DNA of 64,000 nt from Eledone cirrhosa (lineage: Eukaryota): positions 155,496,001-155,560,000 of the forward strand of contig OZ024743.1 in assembly GCA_964016885.1 (NCBI GenBank), given 5' to 3'. Made by a program: the position numbers and the translations under genes. Below the pieces are notes generated by a model, which saw only the letters and a list, made by a program, of their open reading frames with translations, did no database searches and was not told where the DNA came from. Shown piece by piece: positions 43,873 to 56,639 of this stretch; positions within the stretch are counted from its first letter, which is position 1; each line of letters begins with the position of its first letter.

Positions 43873-45518
43873 CCGCGGGCTCACATACATTCTCTGTGCG
43901 TGATTTGGCTCAGTTCAGCCAATCAGCGCCAGTAGAAGAGGATGTATCCTTACGCGCCCTGAGGAAGAAATTCCCCGCGAAGATTTGAAGAATCTCTCTC
44001 TTGTACCAGAAACATCGAACCAGCAACACGAATAATGTAACAGTGAGATATTGCACCCTAGCCTCGCCGGCTTTTCGGCGCAATGGCACATTCCCTTTTG
44101 TAACATCTTTTTATCTGTAACTTCAACCATATAAGTTAACAAACATTGTTTGTGCTACATCAAAAATAAAAATACATTTCATCTCTAATTTCTGCTGTTG
44201 AAATCATTATTATGTTACTCGTGTCTCAATAACATTATAATCCATGTTGCTGGAATTGGCGACCTGACGAAAGGAATATTGTATATACTAAGATGGTAAA
44301 TAGATCGAGGGACCTTCGCTCATGTCTATGTCGACAAGATAATACAACGACGATACTATCACTTACCACACTGGCAACTAACGACCTTCTATCATCTACC
44401 CTGTTAAAGTGGCGACCACGAGTAACCATACAGCTAAAAACCCATACTGAAGTTGATGAGACACAAAATTGTTTAGGACACGAGGATATAGAGAGCGCTC
44501 TCAGGGTAGTAAGCCAAACTCGTACGAGGTGAAGAATCTGCTAAAAGCCAAACTTCTACGTAGTGAAGCGAATCTGCTGACCGGTGCTGGAGACGTATAT
44601 AGTGGTGGAACACTGGAAGGTAATATCCGTAGTGGTAGAGCACTGAGTCCACGGAGATTCGACGGACACGTTTAATGATTTCGGACTATATTCTCTCACT
44701 GGGCCAGTACCGTAAACAAATTCATCCTCTTCGTGTGTCCTGTGATTGGCCGCTGGTTGTCTACGTCGTCATAATTCTGACCACAGGTACCAGTCCGCTG
44801 ACCATCAGGGCGTTGTCTGTCCCATGTCTGCTACGCTTCAATAAATTACTGCTGTGTTTGGTAGTTTACATATCCACGCGCGCACCCACAGACACACGCA
44901 CACCCGCACACACACACATATAATTACATAGATAACGACAGTCGTACGCATAGACTGCCGCTATACACACACATTTAAGGAGAACATATAAACATAAAAA
45001 CATACACATCCAGAGAGGCACGTACTTACACAGACAAGATACATGCCCACATGCCTATATACATCACCATAGACACATGTGTGCATACACATGCATACGC
45101 GTATATATACCCGTACACACAAACACATACATACATATACATATACCCACCACTTTCCGCCCATGCACACACAAATACACACACGTACCCATATACATAT
45201 ATACATGCACAGATAAACACTCGCTCGCAAACACACATATGTATACACAAACAAGCCCTTTCCCTACAGGGGTGCTTGTACAGACATACACTGTCTCATA
45301 TACACTCCTACAAATATGTGCATATTCACATACACACCCACACACGCATAAATATATATATATATATATGCATAAATAGAATATACACACAAAGTCATAT
45401 AAAGATACACAATTGGTCATACATGAAAGGATGCATCTTCTTATAAACATATACATACATAGTAAATACACACACACACACACACACACACGCACAGAGA
45501 CACACACACCCACACCCC

Positions 45519-45570
<52 letters not shown>

Positions 45571-45653
45571 AATATAACGAAGGAAATGTGGTAAGGAACC
45601 AGGTGGACCATAACGCACCAAAGTACTCAATACTTAGGGTAGTAGAGTGGGTA

Positions 45654-45764
45654 ATAGGAACGAGTAGGACTCTGACGGCTGAGCTCAAGCCGTTTCGACG
45701 GCTAATTCTGGACGGAATTAGCCGTCGAAACGGCTTGAGCTCAGCCGTCGGGATCCTACTCGTT

Positions 45765-45769
<5 letters not shown>
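45654..45769. repeat. Near-perfect 55-bp-arm palindrome made of two hammerhead 3' halves around a shared stem II
   Basis: gacggctaattc-tggacg-gaattagccgtc-GAAA-cggct..agccg-TC on both strands. Confidence 0.85.
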
Positions 45770-45848
<79 letters not shown>

Positions 45849-46412
45849 CGCATATGCTAATATATAAAAAAACTATAAAATATATTAAAAATATACATAT
45901 AACAACACATAGAGATAAACAGCGGGCTGTACAAGTAAGGTTGCGCCCAGTAATATGTCTACAGAGATGTCGTTACGTTGCGAACATGCATCAATCCACA
46001 TATGGTATCTTCCCTCAAAGCCACTAATAGGCGTTCATGGTATTACAGTAAATAGTAAGTGCAGACCGTACATAGAAAATGCTTGCAGAATATATATAAA
46101 AAAAGAAGGAACGTGTATGTATATGAGATACTACACAAGAGAAGTATGAGATACTGGCCGTCTCGGGTTTTGCCCACGCGTTATTTCGTCCCCTATGTTG
46201 CCGCTATCTCTATGTCTACCGTGGGCGTCGAGAGAGAGAGACGTTTGATCAGGAACGCTGTCAAGATGAAACTAGCTGTAAATAAAGGTTAAAAAGTAAA
46301 TTGATGAGGTGTATGTGCGAATATTATAGATGGTATTCAAATATTAGAGGTCAGCAATATAGGAACTGGGTATATTATTTTATACTGTGTTTAAATGGAT
46401 TAAGAAGTGTAA

Positions 46413-47639
46413 AAACAATCTACAGACGGAAAACTTATAACTCAACATATAAACTCTGAAATTAAGAATTTAGCTGAAATTATACCAACAGTTATCAAAG
46501 ATACAAGAGAAAGCCTACCACAACCCCCTTGGATGTCAGAAATAAACGAAAGAAATTTGGAAAACAAAACACATCGAATAAGAAAAGAAATGTGGAAGAC
46601 ATGGAAAAAATTCCTTAACATAAGAAAACAAAATTTCTGGAAAGCATACAGATGCGAAAAATATGTCGAAACACATTCGAAATGGCTCTCTCTAACGGCA
46701 CCCATACTCCCTCGTAAATACCTAATTACAGAAATTGCAGGAGAACCAGAAGAAGAAACAAAACTCCGATGGGAACTTACATTGACAAAATTCAGGACCG
46801 ACATCTCCATTTCTGAATGTAAACAATCCCGCTACAAAGCCAAATATGAAGCTATTGATGACCAAATTGAAGTTGAAATTTCAAAGCTAACGACTGGTAT
46901 TATAGCTGAAAAACTACGAGAACTATGGATCGGAGATATCTCAAAAGAAGAAAACAAATCAAGAAAGGTATGGCAGCAGAAACAATTATTTCTCGATGAA
47001 TATGCTGCAAATTACGGTAAAGACTCTGGAACCCTGAGAAAAAGCATTAAAAGTGGACAATCTCATCAACACAACATACGCCAGAACACGTGCCAACACA
47101 AACACTCACCTTACCTTGAATCAAAGAAGAACTACGGTAATAACTCTTCGCTTTTTCTACAAAAACACCCTATCGCACACAACATGAACAAAAAGCACAA
47201 ACACGATAGGTATTCCTTTGACCAGACCATGAGAAGTAGTAAAACCAGGAGATCATTCTCAAGATCTCAACAGAGACTACCAACAAGGAATGTGGAAACA
47301 AAACGTAGAATAACCAGATCACTCTCAAGATCTCAACAGAGATTGCCCACAAGAAACTGGACGAAAAAACGATCTAAACCTGAAAGCAAACCTAGGTCAT
47401 TTTCCCAGATTGTTAAAAATAATGCTAACAGGAAGAAAAATAATATACAGAATACCAAAAATAGGACAAAATACATAACGAAACCAAATATAATATCACG
47501 ACCAAAAGTTCATCAAGCGAACACCAACAGGAATAAAAATCCTGAACAAAGAAAAATTCATTTTTTAACGTCAGGACAACAAAAACCGGAAAAAGAAAAA
47601 CTCCAGGAGGAAACATACCCAAAACAGCTGTACACGTAG
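46413..47639 (+). CDS. PLE ORF1: helical/coiled-coil-like N-half and basic R/S/K-rich C-half (probably 5'-truncated; first ATG at 46533)
   Basis: Frame open from 46413 to TAG at 47639; internal repeat SRSQQRLPTRN x2; overlaps the ORF2 frame by 94 nt. Confidence 0.7.
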   Translation, partial: KQSTDGKLITQHINSEIKNLAEIIPTVIKDTRESLPQPPWMSEINERNLENKTHRIRKEMWKTWKKFLNIRKQNFWKAYRCEKYVETHSKWLSLTAPILPRKYLITEIAGEPEEETKLRWELTLTKFRTDISISECKQSRYKAKYEAIDDQIEVEISKLTTGIIAEKLRELWIGDISKEENKSRKVWQQKQLFLDEYAANYGKDSGTLRKSIKSGQSHQHNIRQNTCQHKHSPYLESKKNYGNNSSLFLQKHPIAHNMNKKHKHDRYSFDQTMRSSKTRRSFSRSQQRLPTRNVETKRRITRSLSRSQQRLPTRNWTKKRSKPESKPRSFSQIVKNNANRKKNNIQNTKNRTKYITKPNIISRPKVHQANTNRNKNPEQRKIHFLTSGQQKPEKEKLQEETYPKQLYT

Positions 47640-49873
47640 ATCCTAAAATAATTAATTTATCTAAAAGAGATCTTGACAATGGTGAAATGCAAATTCTGTC
47701 AAAAGGACTGAAATTCACACCGACTCCAACAGTCAACCACCAAGAACTGAAGGAGGATACCCAAGAATTCTGTCGAAAATTACGTCTTGTAGAATTCTTC
47801 GCTGATAAAAATAATGAGAGTGATGAATCACTAGTAAAGAATAAATCAAATTTCACTCCGCCAAAAGGAAGAAATATCTATTTCGACCAATACATTGACA
47901 TCCTGTATAAATTTCCTCTTAGACATAATACTAATGTTAGGCCAAACATTAACAAATCAGAAATGTCTGCACTTAAACGTATACAAAATGATAAAACAAT
48001 AATAATTAAACAAGCAGATAAAGGGGGTGCAGTTGTTATAATGGATACTGAATACTACAAGGATTTGGTTGAGGAACAACTGAAAGACACAACATTCTAT
48101 CATGAAATACCGTCAAATATAGACCACAACATCATGAAGAAGATCAACAACCTGGCTTCAAAATACCACAACTCATTTACTGATAAGGAAAGAGACTACA
48201 TCACCAATTTTGAGCCGAAACCCAGCAACCTGTATGGCCTACCGAAAGTTCACAAGTCAAAAGAAATACAACTGGCAGTAAGAGAACAAAACAGTGAGTA
48301 CATTAAATTATTACACCCAAAAGACTTAAAACTTAGACCTATTATAGCTGGTCCAACATGCCCCACTCACCGTCTAAGCAATTTTGTTGACATTATTTTG
48401 AAACCACTATGTATTCACATACCCAGTTTCATCCGGGATGATATCGACTTCCTGTCCCATCTTCCCAAAACCACGGAAACGAATTCACTTCTACTCAGAT
48501 TTGATGTGGTAAGCCTTTACACCAACATTACACATGATTTAGGAATAAAGGCGGTTAAATACTGGGTGGAAAAACATAGAGAAGTGATTCCCATTAGATT
48601 CACAGCGCCATTTATATTAGACGCAGTTAAACTTATTCTGGAAAACAACACTTTCTTCTTCAATGGAAAGAATTACATCCAAATTAGAGGCACAGCGATG
48701 GGAACGAAGTTTGCTCCCGTTTACGCGAACTCTGTAATGGGATACTTAGAACAACAACTCTACCAAGAAATAGAGGAAAAATATAGTACTGACTTTAGAA
48801 AGTACATTGAAAAATCTTGGAAGAGATACTTTGACGACTGTTTCATCATCTGGACAGAATCTTTAGATACTCTGGATGAGTTCAATATCCTCCTGAATAA
48901 CCTACACCCATCTCTCTAATTCACAAAAGAGATGAGTAGGACCAAATTACCATTCCTAGATATAATGATAATCAAAAACGACACCACCATTACCACGGAT
49001 ATATATTATAAACACACAGACACCCATCAATATCTGAATTTTAAGTCGTGCCATCCACCTCATACAAAACGCAACATCCCATACTGCCTAGCCAGAAGAA
49101 TTTGTACCATTGTAGAAGATACGAATACCAGGTACAAACGCCTAACAGAACTAAGAGAATTTTTGCTCAAACAAAAATACCCATCTCTACTTATAGAAAA
49201 TGGCATACAGCGGGCTATAAAAATACCTATACAACAACTTAGAACAACCCAAAGAAGAAGAAACCAAGAACTGGTCATACCATTTATAATGACACACAAC
49301 CCATGTCACCAGAATATCTTCAACACTGCCAAAGCAAACCTACTGATCATTGCTCAAATTAATGAATTAAAAGGCTTAATCACAGATCGATCTTTGACTC
49401 TTAGTAAAAGACAGCCAAAAAATTTGAAGCAATTGCTAACAAACGCAAAGTTTGACCTTAACAACAAAGACCAATCATTCACTGTATCTAAATGCAATGA
49501 TAATCGATGCGGCACATGTCAATCCATACACGCCGGTCAATATATGAAAACAAAAACTGGAAAAATATTCACAAATGCAAATATGAACTGCAAAAGCAGA
49601 AATCTAATTTACTGCATTAAATGCCCGAATTGTGAAGAACTATACGTCGGTCAAACTGGAAATGCACTATCGGAACGTGCACGGGTACACCGTCAACAAA
49701 TCAGAGACCCAAATGTCCGTCAGATACCCCTAAGCGGCCACCTGGCAACATGTGGTCAGGGAATATTTATAATATTCCCATTCTACAAATTACACAGCCC
49801 AAATGAAATCAAGAGAAAAATCAAAGAAAAGAATTTTATTGATAAATTCAAACCCAAGCTAAATGAACAATAA
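47567..49873 (+). CDS. PLE ORF2: RT + GIY-YIG, with one in-frame TAA at 48917-48919
   Basis: IINLS..KGLKFTPTP, ADKGG, FDVVSLYTNI, GTAMG, RYFDD, LPFLD, CNDNRCGTC, NLIYCIKC..YVGQT; ORFs 47687 and 48932 are in the same frame. Confidence 0.9.
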
Positions 49874-50040
49874 TAACGCCTAGGGGTATTACTTCTACTA
49901 CCACTATGACCACGACCACTAACAACAACAACAACAACAATAATAATAATAATAAAAGTGATGTTGATGGTGGTGATTAATAGAAAATGCTATTTTCATC
50001 ATTTCAAAAAAGCAAAACAATTGATACGTTGGATATGACT

Positions 50041-50215
50041 ATTGGTCGTTAGCATGCTCAACCAGCCGTGACGCTTAAACCAATCAGCTGTAGTAATTCA
50101 GTGAAACTACACACTGATTGGTCGTAATACAGTTTACAGGGCTTTGCATTCTGGAGCCACTTTTCTCTGTATAAAATGTATAAAAGGTAGGAAATTTACC
50201 CATCTCATTACAGTT
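50041..50215 (+). promoter_or_regulatory. Putative Pol II promoter in the PLE 3' pseudo-LTR
   Basis: CCAAT/ATTGG boxes at 50041, 50080 and 50117; TATAAAA at 50170 and 50179; Inr-like TCATT/CAGTT at 50205-50215. Confidence 0.6.
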
Positions 50216-50248
50216 GAAAATTGCAAACTCGACTGTCACCACATATCA

Positions 50249-50287
50249 TGAACCTGAAGATTGCGAAAGCATGAAAGTACTTGTTCA
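50249..50287 (+). ncRNA. Minimal type I hammerhead, family H
   Basis: tgaac-CTGAAGA-ttgc gaaa gcat-GAAA-gtac-TT-gttca. Confidence 0.85.
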
Positions 50288-50421
50288 ATTAACACTTAGA
50301 ATTTAATATTCTATCATACTATTTCATTATAATACCATTATATATATTTTAAAGGATTGTAAATAAAACGAGTAAATCAGACAAAGTTGGAATTCCTCTT
50401 ATTAATATATATATATATATA

Positions 50422-50496
<75 letters not shown>

Positions 50497-50503
<7 letters not shown>

Positions 50504-50934
50504 TGCTACTGTACGTCTGTATACATATATGTATGTACGTATACATACATACTTACATTTAAGTAAGTGCCGTACTAAGAGTGAGAAATGAAATTTCGTT
50601 TTCATTCTATTACAACTTATCGTTTTCGGTGCGCCTGGCCGAATGAACTCACTCGATATGCAAATTAGGCTGCTCGCCCGTTAATTTTCATAAGGAAAGT
50701 ATATACTTTCGAACGTTCAACCATCTGGCAGAAGGGTAAACGGTGCTGATAATAGCTAACAAGCTTGAAACTAGTACATCGTTCCTGTGTCAGTGTTGAA
50801 CAAAAAGTTGACGTCGTTGCCTGAACACCGTACGGCATAAATTCAGGCTGTCAGTTTGTTTACAAACGGACAAAGCGGACGTTATAATAAACGTCCGCTA
50901 AACTGATACGTACATATATGTATGTGTACCTGTA

Positions 50935-50940
<6 letters not shown>
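50497..50940 (+). repeat. Third, circularly permuted copy of the 441-bp HHR unit (HHR at 50741-50781, core CTGATAA mutated)
   Basis: Reverse complement of the 31598-32417 unit; a further short piece lies at 53190-53250. Confidence 0.9.
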
Positions 50941-50991
<51 letters not shown>

Positions 50992-50992
<1 letters not shown>

Positions 50993-53188
50993 AGAGTATT
51001 GAAGTTTACTTGAAGCATTTTTCGGGTTTCTTGGAGAGGTATCTTCGCAGGGAGAGGCCCGAGTGGGCCAGGTGGATGTCAAGGCCCTCCCTCCGTATAG
51101 CCTTGCGGATGGCGTTGGTGGTTTTCTCGCCCAGGTGTGGCATTTTAAGGAAGCACTTGCCTTGGGTGCTTCTCTGTCTCTTGCGTCTGGTGTCTCCTAT
51201 TCTGTCTGTGATCGAGGTAGGTACCCGTTCGTCTCCAGCACCTCGAGGAATCGCTTGGTATGAGTGACACCACTCGCAGGATCGCTGCATCTGTTTTTGA
51301 TTCGCGCGATCTCGTTCGTGATGTATCCTCTTTTGGCACTGTTAGGGGGCGGACTTGTAGTGAACAAATAGGTCCCTGCAGGCTGCCTTTCGGTAGAAGT
51401 TGCAGTGGATCCTTCCCTGTTCCGTGATGTTGATTCGGAAGTCGAGGAGGGCAAGTGACCCGTCTTCGTTGGGGTGTTCAACACTGAAGTCCATGTTCTC
51501 GTCCGTGTTGTTGAACGTCTCATAGATTCTGTTCGCCGTGTCTTGGGAAGATGTGAGGATGAGGATATCGTCCACGTACCTTGAGAAAAAGGCTACTGCG
51601 TTGGGGTGGCAGGCGTTGAGTGCCTTGCGTTCGAGGTTGTCCATGTAAGAGATCGCTAGCACACCTGATAGGCTTGATCCCATGGGCAATCCCGAGGTTT
51701 GTTGGTATATTTGGTCAAGGAATCCGAAGTAGGAGTTGTCGACAACGATGGATAGGAGTTGGTGGATGTCAGGGGTGGTGAGCCCAAAGCAGTGTAGGTC
51801 GGTGGATAGGACGCTTTCCATTAGTATATTGACGGCCGGGAGTGCCGGGACCGAGGTGTAGAGAGCGACTACATCAAGGCTGAAGACATATCTGTTATTC
51901 CTTCTGGTGTCGGGATCCATTTGATGCAGGCGCTTCAACACCTCCTCGGAGCTGTTAACGTGTCCCGGCAAGGTGTCTAAGATGGGTTTGAGTATTCTGG
52001 CTAGGAGCCATGAAATTTTGTAGAGCGGCCCCTCCACGTTCGATACGATGCGCCTGATTTTCAGGTCGGGTCCCTGTTTGTGTGTTTTCACGAGGTGGTA
52101 GAAGGCGGATAGTCTGCTGTTCCTCGTGAGGAGGTTGTATCGCAGCTTCTGCGGGAGCTTCCGCCGGTCGCAGATGTTGGTCCAGGCGGAGTTGATGAGT
52201 TCTTCTATCTGCGCGGGAGTGGTTCCCGTGACATTGGAGTAGAGGTTGTCATCGTCAAGGTGTTGTAGGGCCAGGGTGTTGTAGGCCTCTCTGCTGATGA
52301 CGCAGAATTCTTTTCCCTTGTCGGAGAGGAGATAGATGAGGTTCTTCGATTTTAGGTTGGAGAGAGTGGTGAGTTGAGATTTGGTGAGGTTATGTGTTGT
52401 GCGTGTGTGTGTGTGTTTGTGAAGTATATCCGAGATGGAGTGTTTTAGTCTGATGAGTTTAGTGTCGAGTTCATGGTTAGTGGGTGGGGGGTAGAGTGGG
52501 TTGTCGGGGTAGTAAGTGGGGGAACTTGGGGTGGGTTGCGTCGGCGCTGTTATTTTCTGTGGCGCTGTTGATGGCGGTCACCCATTTAAGTTGGTAAGCA
52601 GCTCGACAAAAGTTGGCCTCGATGTTGAGTTTGAGTCTGTCGTAGAGACGTTGTGTGACGATGAACTTAGGTCCGAGCTGTAGGAGTTTCAGCTCGTCGC
52701 TTGTGAGAGTGCCGGTTAGGTCGGTGACCAGGTGCGTCGCATCGTTGAGGTATGGCTCGGTGTTGCTGGTTGCGGCGGTGGCGGTTGTTAAGTTGTTGTT
52801 TTCCACGTGGTTCTGGTCCGTCTGTTCGTTGGTGTCGATGTTCTCGTTGTGGCGTTTCGATAAGATCCACTCATATTTTTGCTTGAGCTGTTTTTTCTCG
52901 TATTGTACTCTGGATTGGTAGCACTGGTCGATTGCTTTAGTGATTTTCAGGAGCAAGTCTCCGTGTGCTATTGGCAGTCGATGTGTCCGCTCTGAGAGTG
53001 TCCGCTTATGAACGTGTAATTGGCGGTTGAGATGTCTCAGGATCTGTTTAATACACGTGCGATGTATGCGGTTAGTGGTGTTTTTGGAAGGCTGGTGTAC
53101 GTAGGCTTACTGGTAAGTGGATGTTCTTGATGGTGTTGGGGATGACATCGTTTTTTAGGCAGCGTTTCAGGAAAATAATTTGGAAAAT
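50992..53188 (-). mobile_element. GC-rich PLE with frameshifted RT ORF and no GIY-YIG visible
   Basis: FLKRCLKNDVIP, LGPKF, SDKG, LDVVALYTSV, GLPMGS, RYVDD; ends KKPEKCFK* just before (TA)n. Confidence 0.85.
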
Positions 53189-53248
53189 AATATATGCATG
53201 CTACTGTACGTCTGTATACATATATGTATGTACGTATACATACATACT

Positions 53249-53306
<58 letters not shown>

Positions 53307-53349
53307 GTGGGTAATATTAAATTTATCAAATTACAAGTATGACAATAGA

Positions 53350-53475
53350 CGCATGGAGTTACGCCCCTTTCCATTCTGAGTTTAACTCCCGCCGAGGTTA
53401 ACTTTGCCTTTCATAAAGTACCAGTAATGCACTAGGCAATTGCTGGCCTTGTGCCAAACGTAGAAACAATTATTT
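53350..53475 (+). mobile_element. SINE fragment
   Basis: ctgagtttaactcccgccgaggttaactttgcctttcat...aattgctggccttgtgcc. Confidence 0.75.
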
Positions 53476-54656
53476 TATTATATTATATTTAATACGCGCC
53501 ACTCTTACCTGACTTTAGTTTTGTTAATATTATACTATACATTATCCATTACCTCACTCTTTAATTTTTCAGTAGCATATCTTCAATACTTATAAAATTT
53601 ATCAAATATTCAATTAACTATTATAAATGTTTTTATCCTTAGATCATTTTCTATCGTTTCTTATTATTTAACATATGTATATAATTATTTTCATAATACA
53701 TAGCATTTTAGTATACGTTAATAAATTATTATATTTGTATTTTGTAATATAATATTTTTTGAAATAATTTATTAAAATCATTTTTTAGTCCTATAAACAT
53801 TACCCTAAATATATTTTTTATGGAATTACACATTGACTGACGGAATATTTATTTTTCCATTTAATAATTTGTAAGTCTCTTATTAAAATGGTTTAGAAAT
53901 TACGTCCCGTCTATCCTTACTTGTGTCTCAACCGCCAACTAACAATACGTTTTCAAACTCAATGTTAAGATGGAGTTATTTATCCTTAGCATATTCTCTA
54001 TTATACTTATATTTACTCAACATTAGTGCCTTTGAGTGGTTTGGTTAATAATAATAACAATTTAATCTATATATTATCTTTATTTTGCTTAGTATACTCA
54101 TTCGCCATCATTACCTTTCAATGGTTTGAAACATAATTGGTTTATCTTTATGACTGAATAGCGCAGTCGAACCTTTTTATATCCATTATTAAATATATCT
54201 CTTGGAGATCTATTTTTTATATTTTTAAACTTACATTTGAACTGCACACCTAAGCTTATTAACTTTATAAACGTTTGTAATATATATGTTAATATAATGA
54301 TTATGATATATGTGTTGCACTATAATTAACCTCGCTATAGCAGCATGATTCTCTATGGCATCATACTTTTAACATGTTTAACGCTTTTAGCTACTCCTAA
54401 TTTTAATTCATTGCATTTATATGCTCATATGTTTCATATGCTTCTTTTGCCATTGCTATGCTTTATTATATACATGTTGATACTTATGCTTACTTCCCAT
54501 ATTATGTATACACATAATGTACTTCTGACAAACTTCTAATATCATATTTGTGTGCCAACCTGTATTATATATTCGATGATCCGGCCTTGTGCTAGGATGA
54601 AGCGATCGTAAGTGATTAAATGTTTAAACACTCTTTTATTGTTGTCTCTCTCTCTC

Positions 54657-54742
<86 letters not shown>

Positions 54743-55051
54743 AAGTCCATAGAATTATTAGATAAGATATATACAGTATTTCTTTTCCTAATCAGCATAC
54801 ATTAACCACACAAACAATCATTTAAACGAGGTTATAGGTTTAAAATGTACCTATGAAGAAATAGCAGATAAATGATACAGCTCTCTATCCGCGATTTGCA
54901 GGTATAAAACATTTACCCATTATTTCTGAGACCCTGTAGAAATTGACTACACATATAGTTAACCATACATAATTAGTTGCAAAATCAAAGTTACAAGAAA
55001 ATAATGCACATAAACATACCAAACTCATCAAAATATCTCAATATATACTTA

Positions 55052-55111
<60 letters not shown>

Positions 55112-55205
55112 TAAATATATATTGAGTCCCTTATAATCAAATTAGCTCAAGGAAATAAATTTCCGAGCCTTAACACAGTAAAAAGAGACGAACACACAAA
55201 CACAA

Positions 55206-55271
<66 letters not shown>

Positions 55272-55289
55272 CAGTTAATCTTGCTGCCC

Positions 55290-55810
55290 ATCAATGAAAA
55301 CTTAAATTAACAACTCTAATGGTACTAGAGTAAATCCAAGATGCAGTTGCAGGAAGCCGGAAGAATGCCCGTTACAGGGGAAATGTAATACCAAATCTAT
55401 TGCGTGTGAGGCCAACTTGTCACCGCTGATTAATAACCAACCAGTCAGGAGTGAACGATATGTTGGCATGTCTCAGGACAGATTTAAAACCAGGTACTAT
55501 GCGCATGTCGCTTCTTTCAAACACCCTGATGAAAGAACAGCAACGGCGCTGGCAAAAAAAAGTGTGGGAGTTTAAAGACAAAAAACATTCCGTACACTAT
55601 TGATTGGTCTATTTTAAACCATTCAAGAGAATACCAAAGGAATTTTCTTTGTGTACTGCGGAAAAATTTAGAATTCTCCAAAACTATAGAACCCCTCCCA
55701 CTTGTCTCAACTCTAAGACCGAGATCTTTAGATGTTATCCGCACCTGAAATCTCATCTACTTTTTAACTGGATTAACACACCAACGGTTACTCAACCACG
55801 TTGAGCTTCT
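55290..55810 (+). mobile_element. Hydra-clade-like PLE 3' fragment (linker + GIY-YIG)
   Basis: CSCRKPEECPLQGKC, YVGM, IDWSIL, CLNSKTEIFRC. Confidence 0.8.
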
Positions 55811-56340
55811 TCTTTACTTATCACGCCTTTCACTCACTACCAATATCATCACCTTATGAACACATACTTTCTACCAATATATACTTTTCCTCCCTCATCT
55901 CTTTCTATATAAATGTTTTTATTTTTTGTAATTATTTTTTTATGTTTTCATTTCATTAAAAAATCCCACCCTATGTTCTACCATACCCTTAACACATATA
56001 CACCCACCACCTTCATCCTTTACCCAGATCAGATTTCATCTGTATACCCTTATCCATATCTCATCACAAACATTCACGCTCTACTACAACATTTACACCC
56101 TATTTCTCCCTTACCTGTTCATAAAAAATGTGATTTTTATTAATTGATCTTATTTTACTCCGCATTGTACTTACTTAACCACTAGGTTGTTAAGTGTACT
56201 CACATAAGGTTGTATGTGGGCGCATATGTATACAGGCTTATGGGTACATACATATAAACGTGTTGTTATAATTTTATATGTATGTGTGTGTGTGTGTGTG
56301 TGTTCTTTATGCGTGTAATTCTTTTGTATGTGTGTATACT

Positions 56341-56371
<31 letters not shown>

Positions 56372-56639
56372 GCATGTGTATGTGTACACGTATTTATAAG
56401 CATAGGGATATTTATTTTGTCGGTTATTCAACACAAATATATAATTTTAACTGATTCGGGGCACTCGAGAGGTCTTCTGGAGTATAATATCACTGGTGGA
56501 TGTGAAGTGAAAATAAAAATAAAAATTAACATAAAGTTATAAATGAAAGCAGATCAGAAAGAGAAGTCTGTAAAGAGGATAATTTAAGGAAAGTGAAGAA
56601 CAAGAGTTTATGGAGGATAAGTATTTGAAAGTGAGTTTA

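Larger units (their letters stand above)
46413..50340 (+). mobile_element. Two-ORF Penelope-like element (Neptune-like RT/EN) with 3' promoter and hammerhead
   Basis: ORF1, then overlapping RT-GIY-YIG ORF2, CCAAT/TATA cluster, HHR at 50249-50287, TA-rich end. Confidence 0.9.

Noticed and set aside
43880-44870. LTR/PBS-like sequence (TGGCGACC at ~44257 and ~44410; TG...AATAAA...CA block 44530-44870)
   Set aside because: No paired LTR, target-site duplication or gag/pol remnant found; may be a solo LTR but cannot be supported.
46155-46260. GC-rich segment with gcccacg/cgtgggc pairing resembling an HDV-like ribozyme
   Set aside because: The double pseudoknot could not be built by eye; a covariance-model search is needed.
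48917-48919. In-frame stop as selenocysteine or programmed readthrough
   Set aside because: The codon is TAA at a position normally K/Q (HPSIKFT-like), so a simple nonsense mutation or sequence error is more likely.
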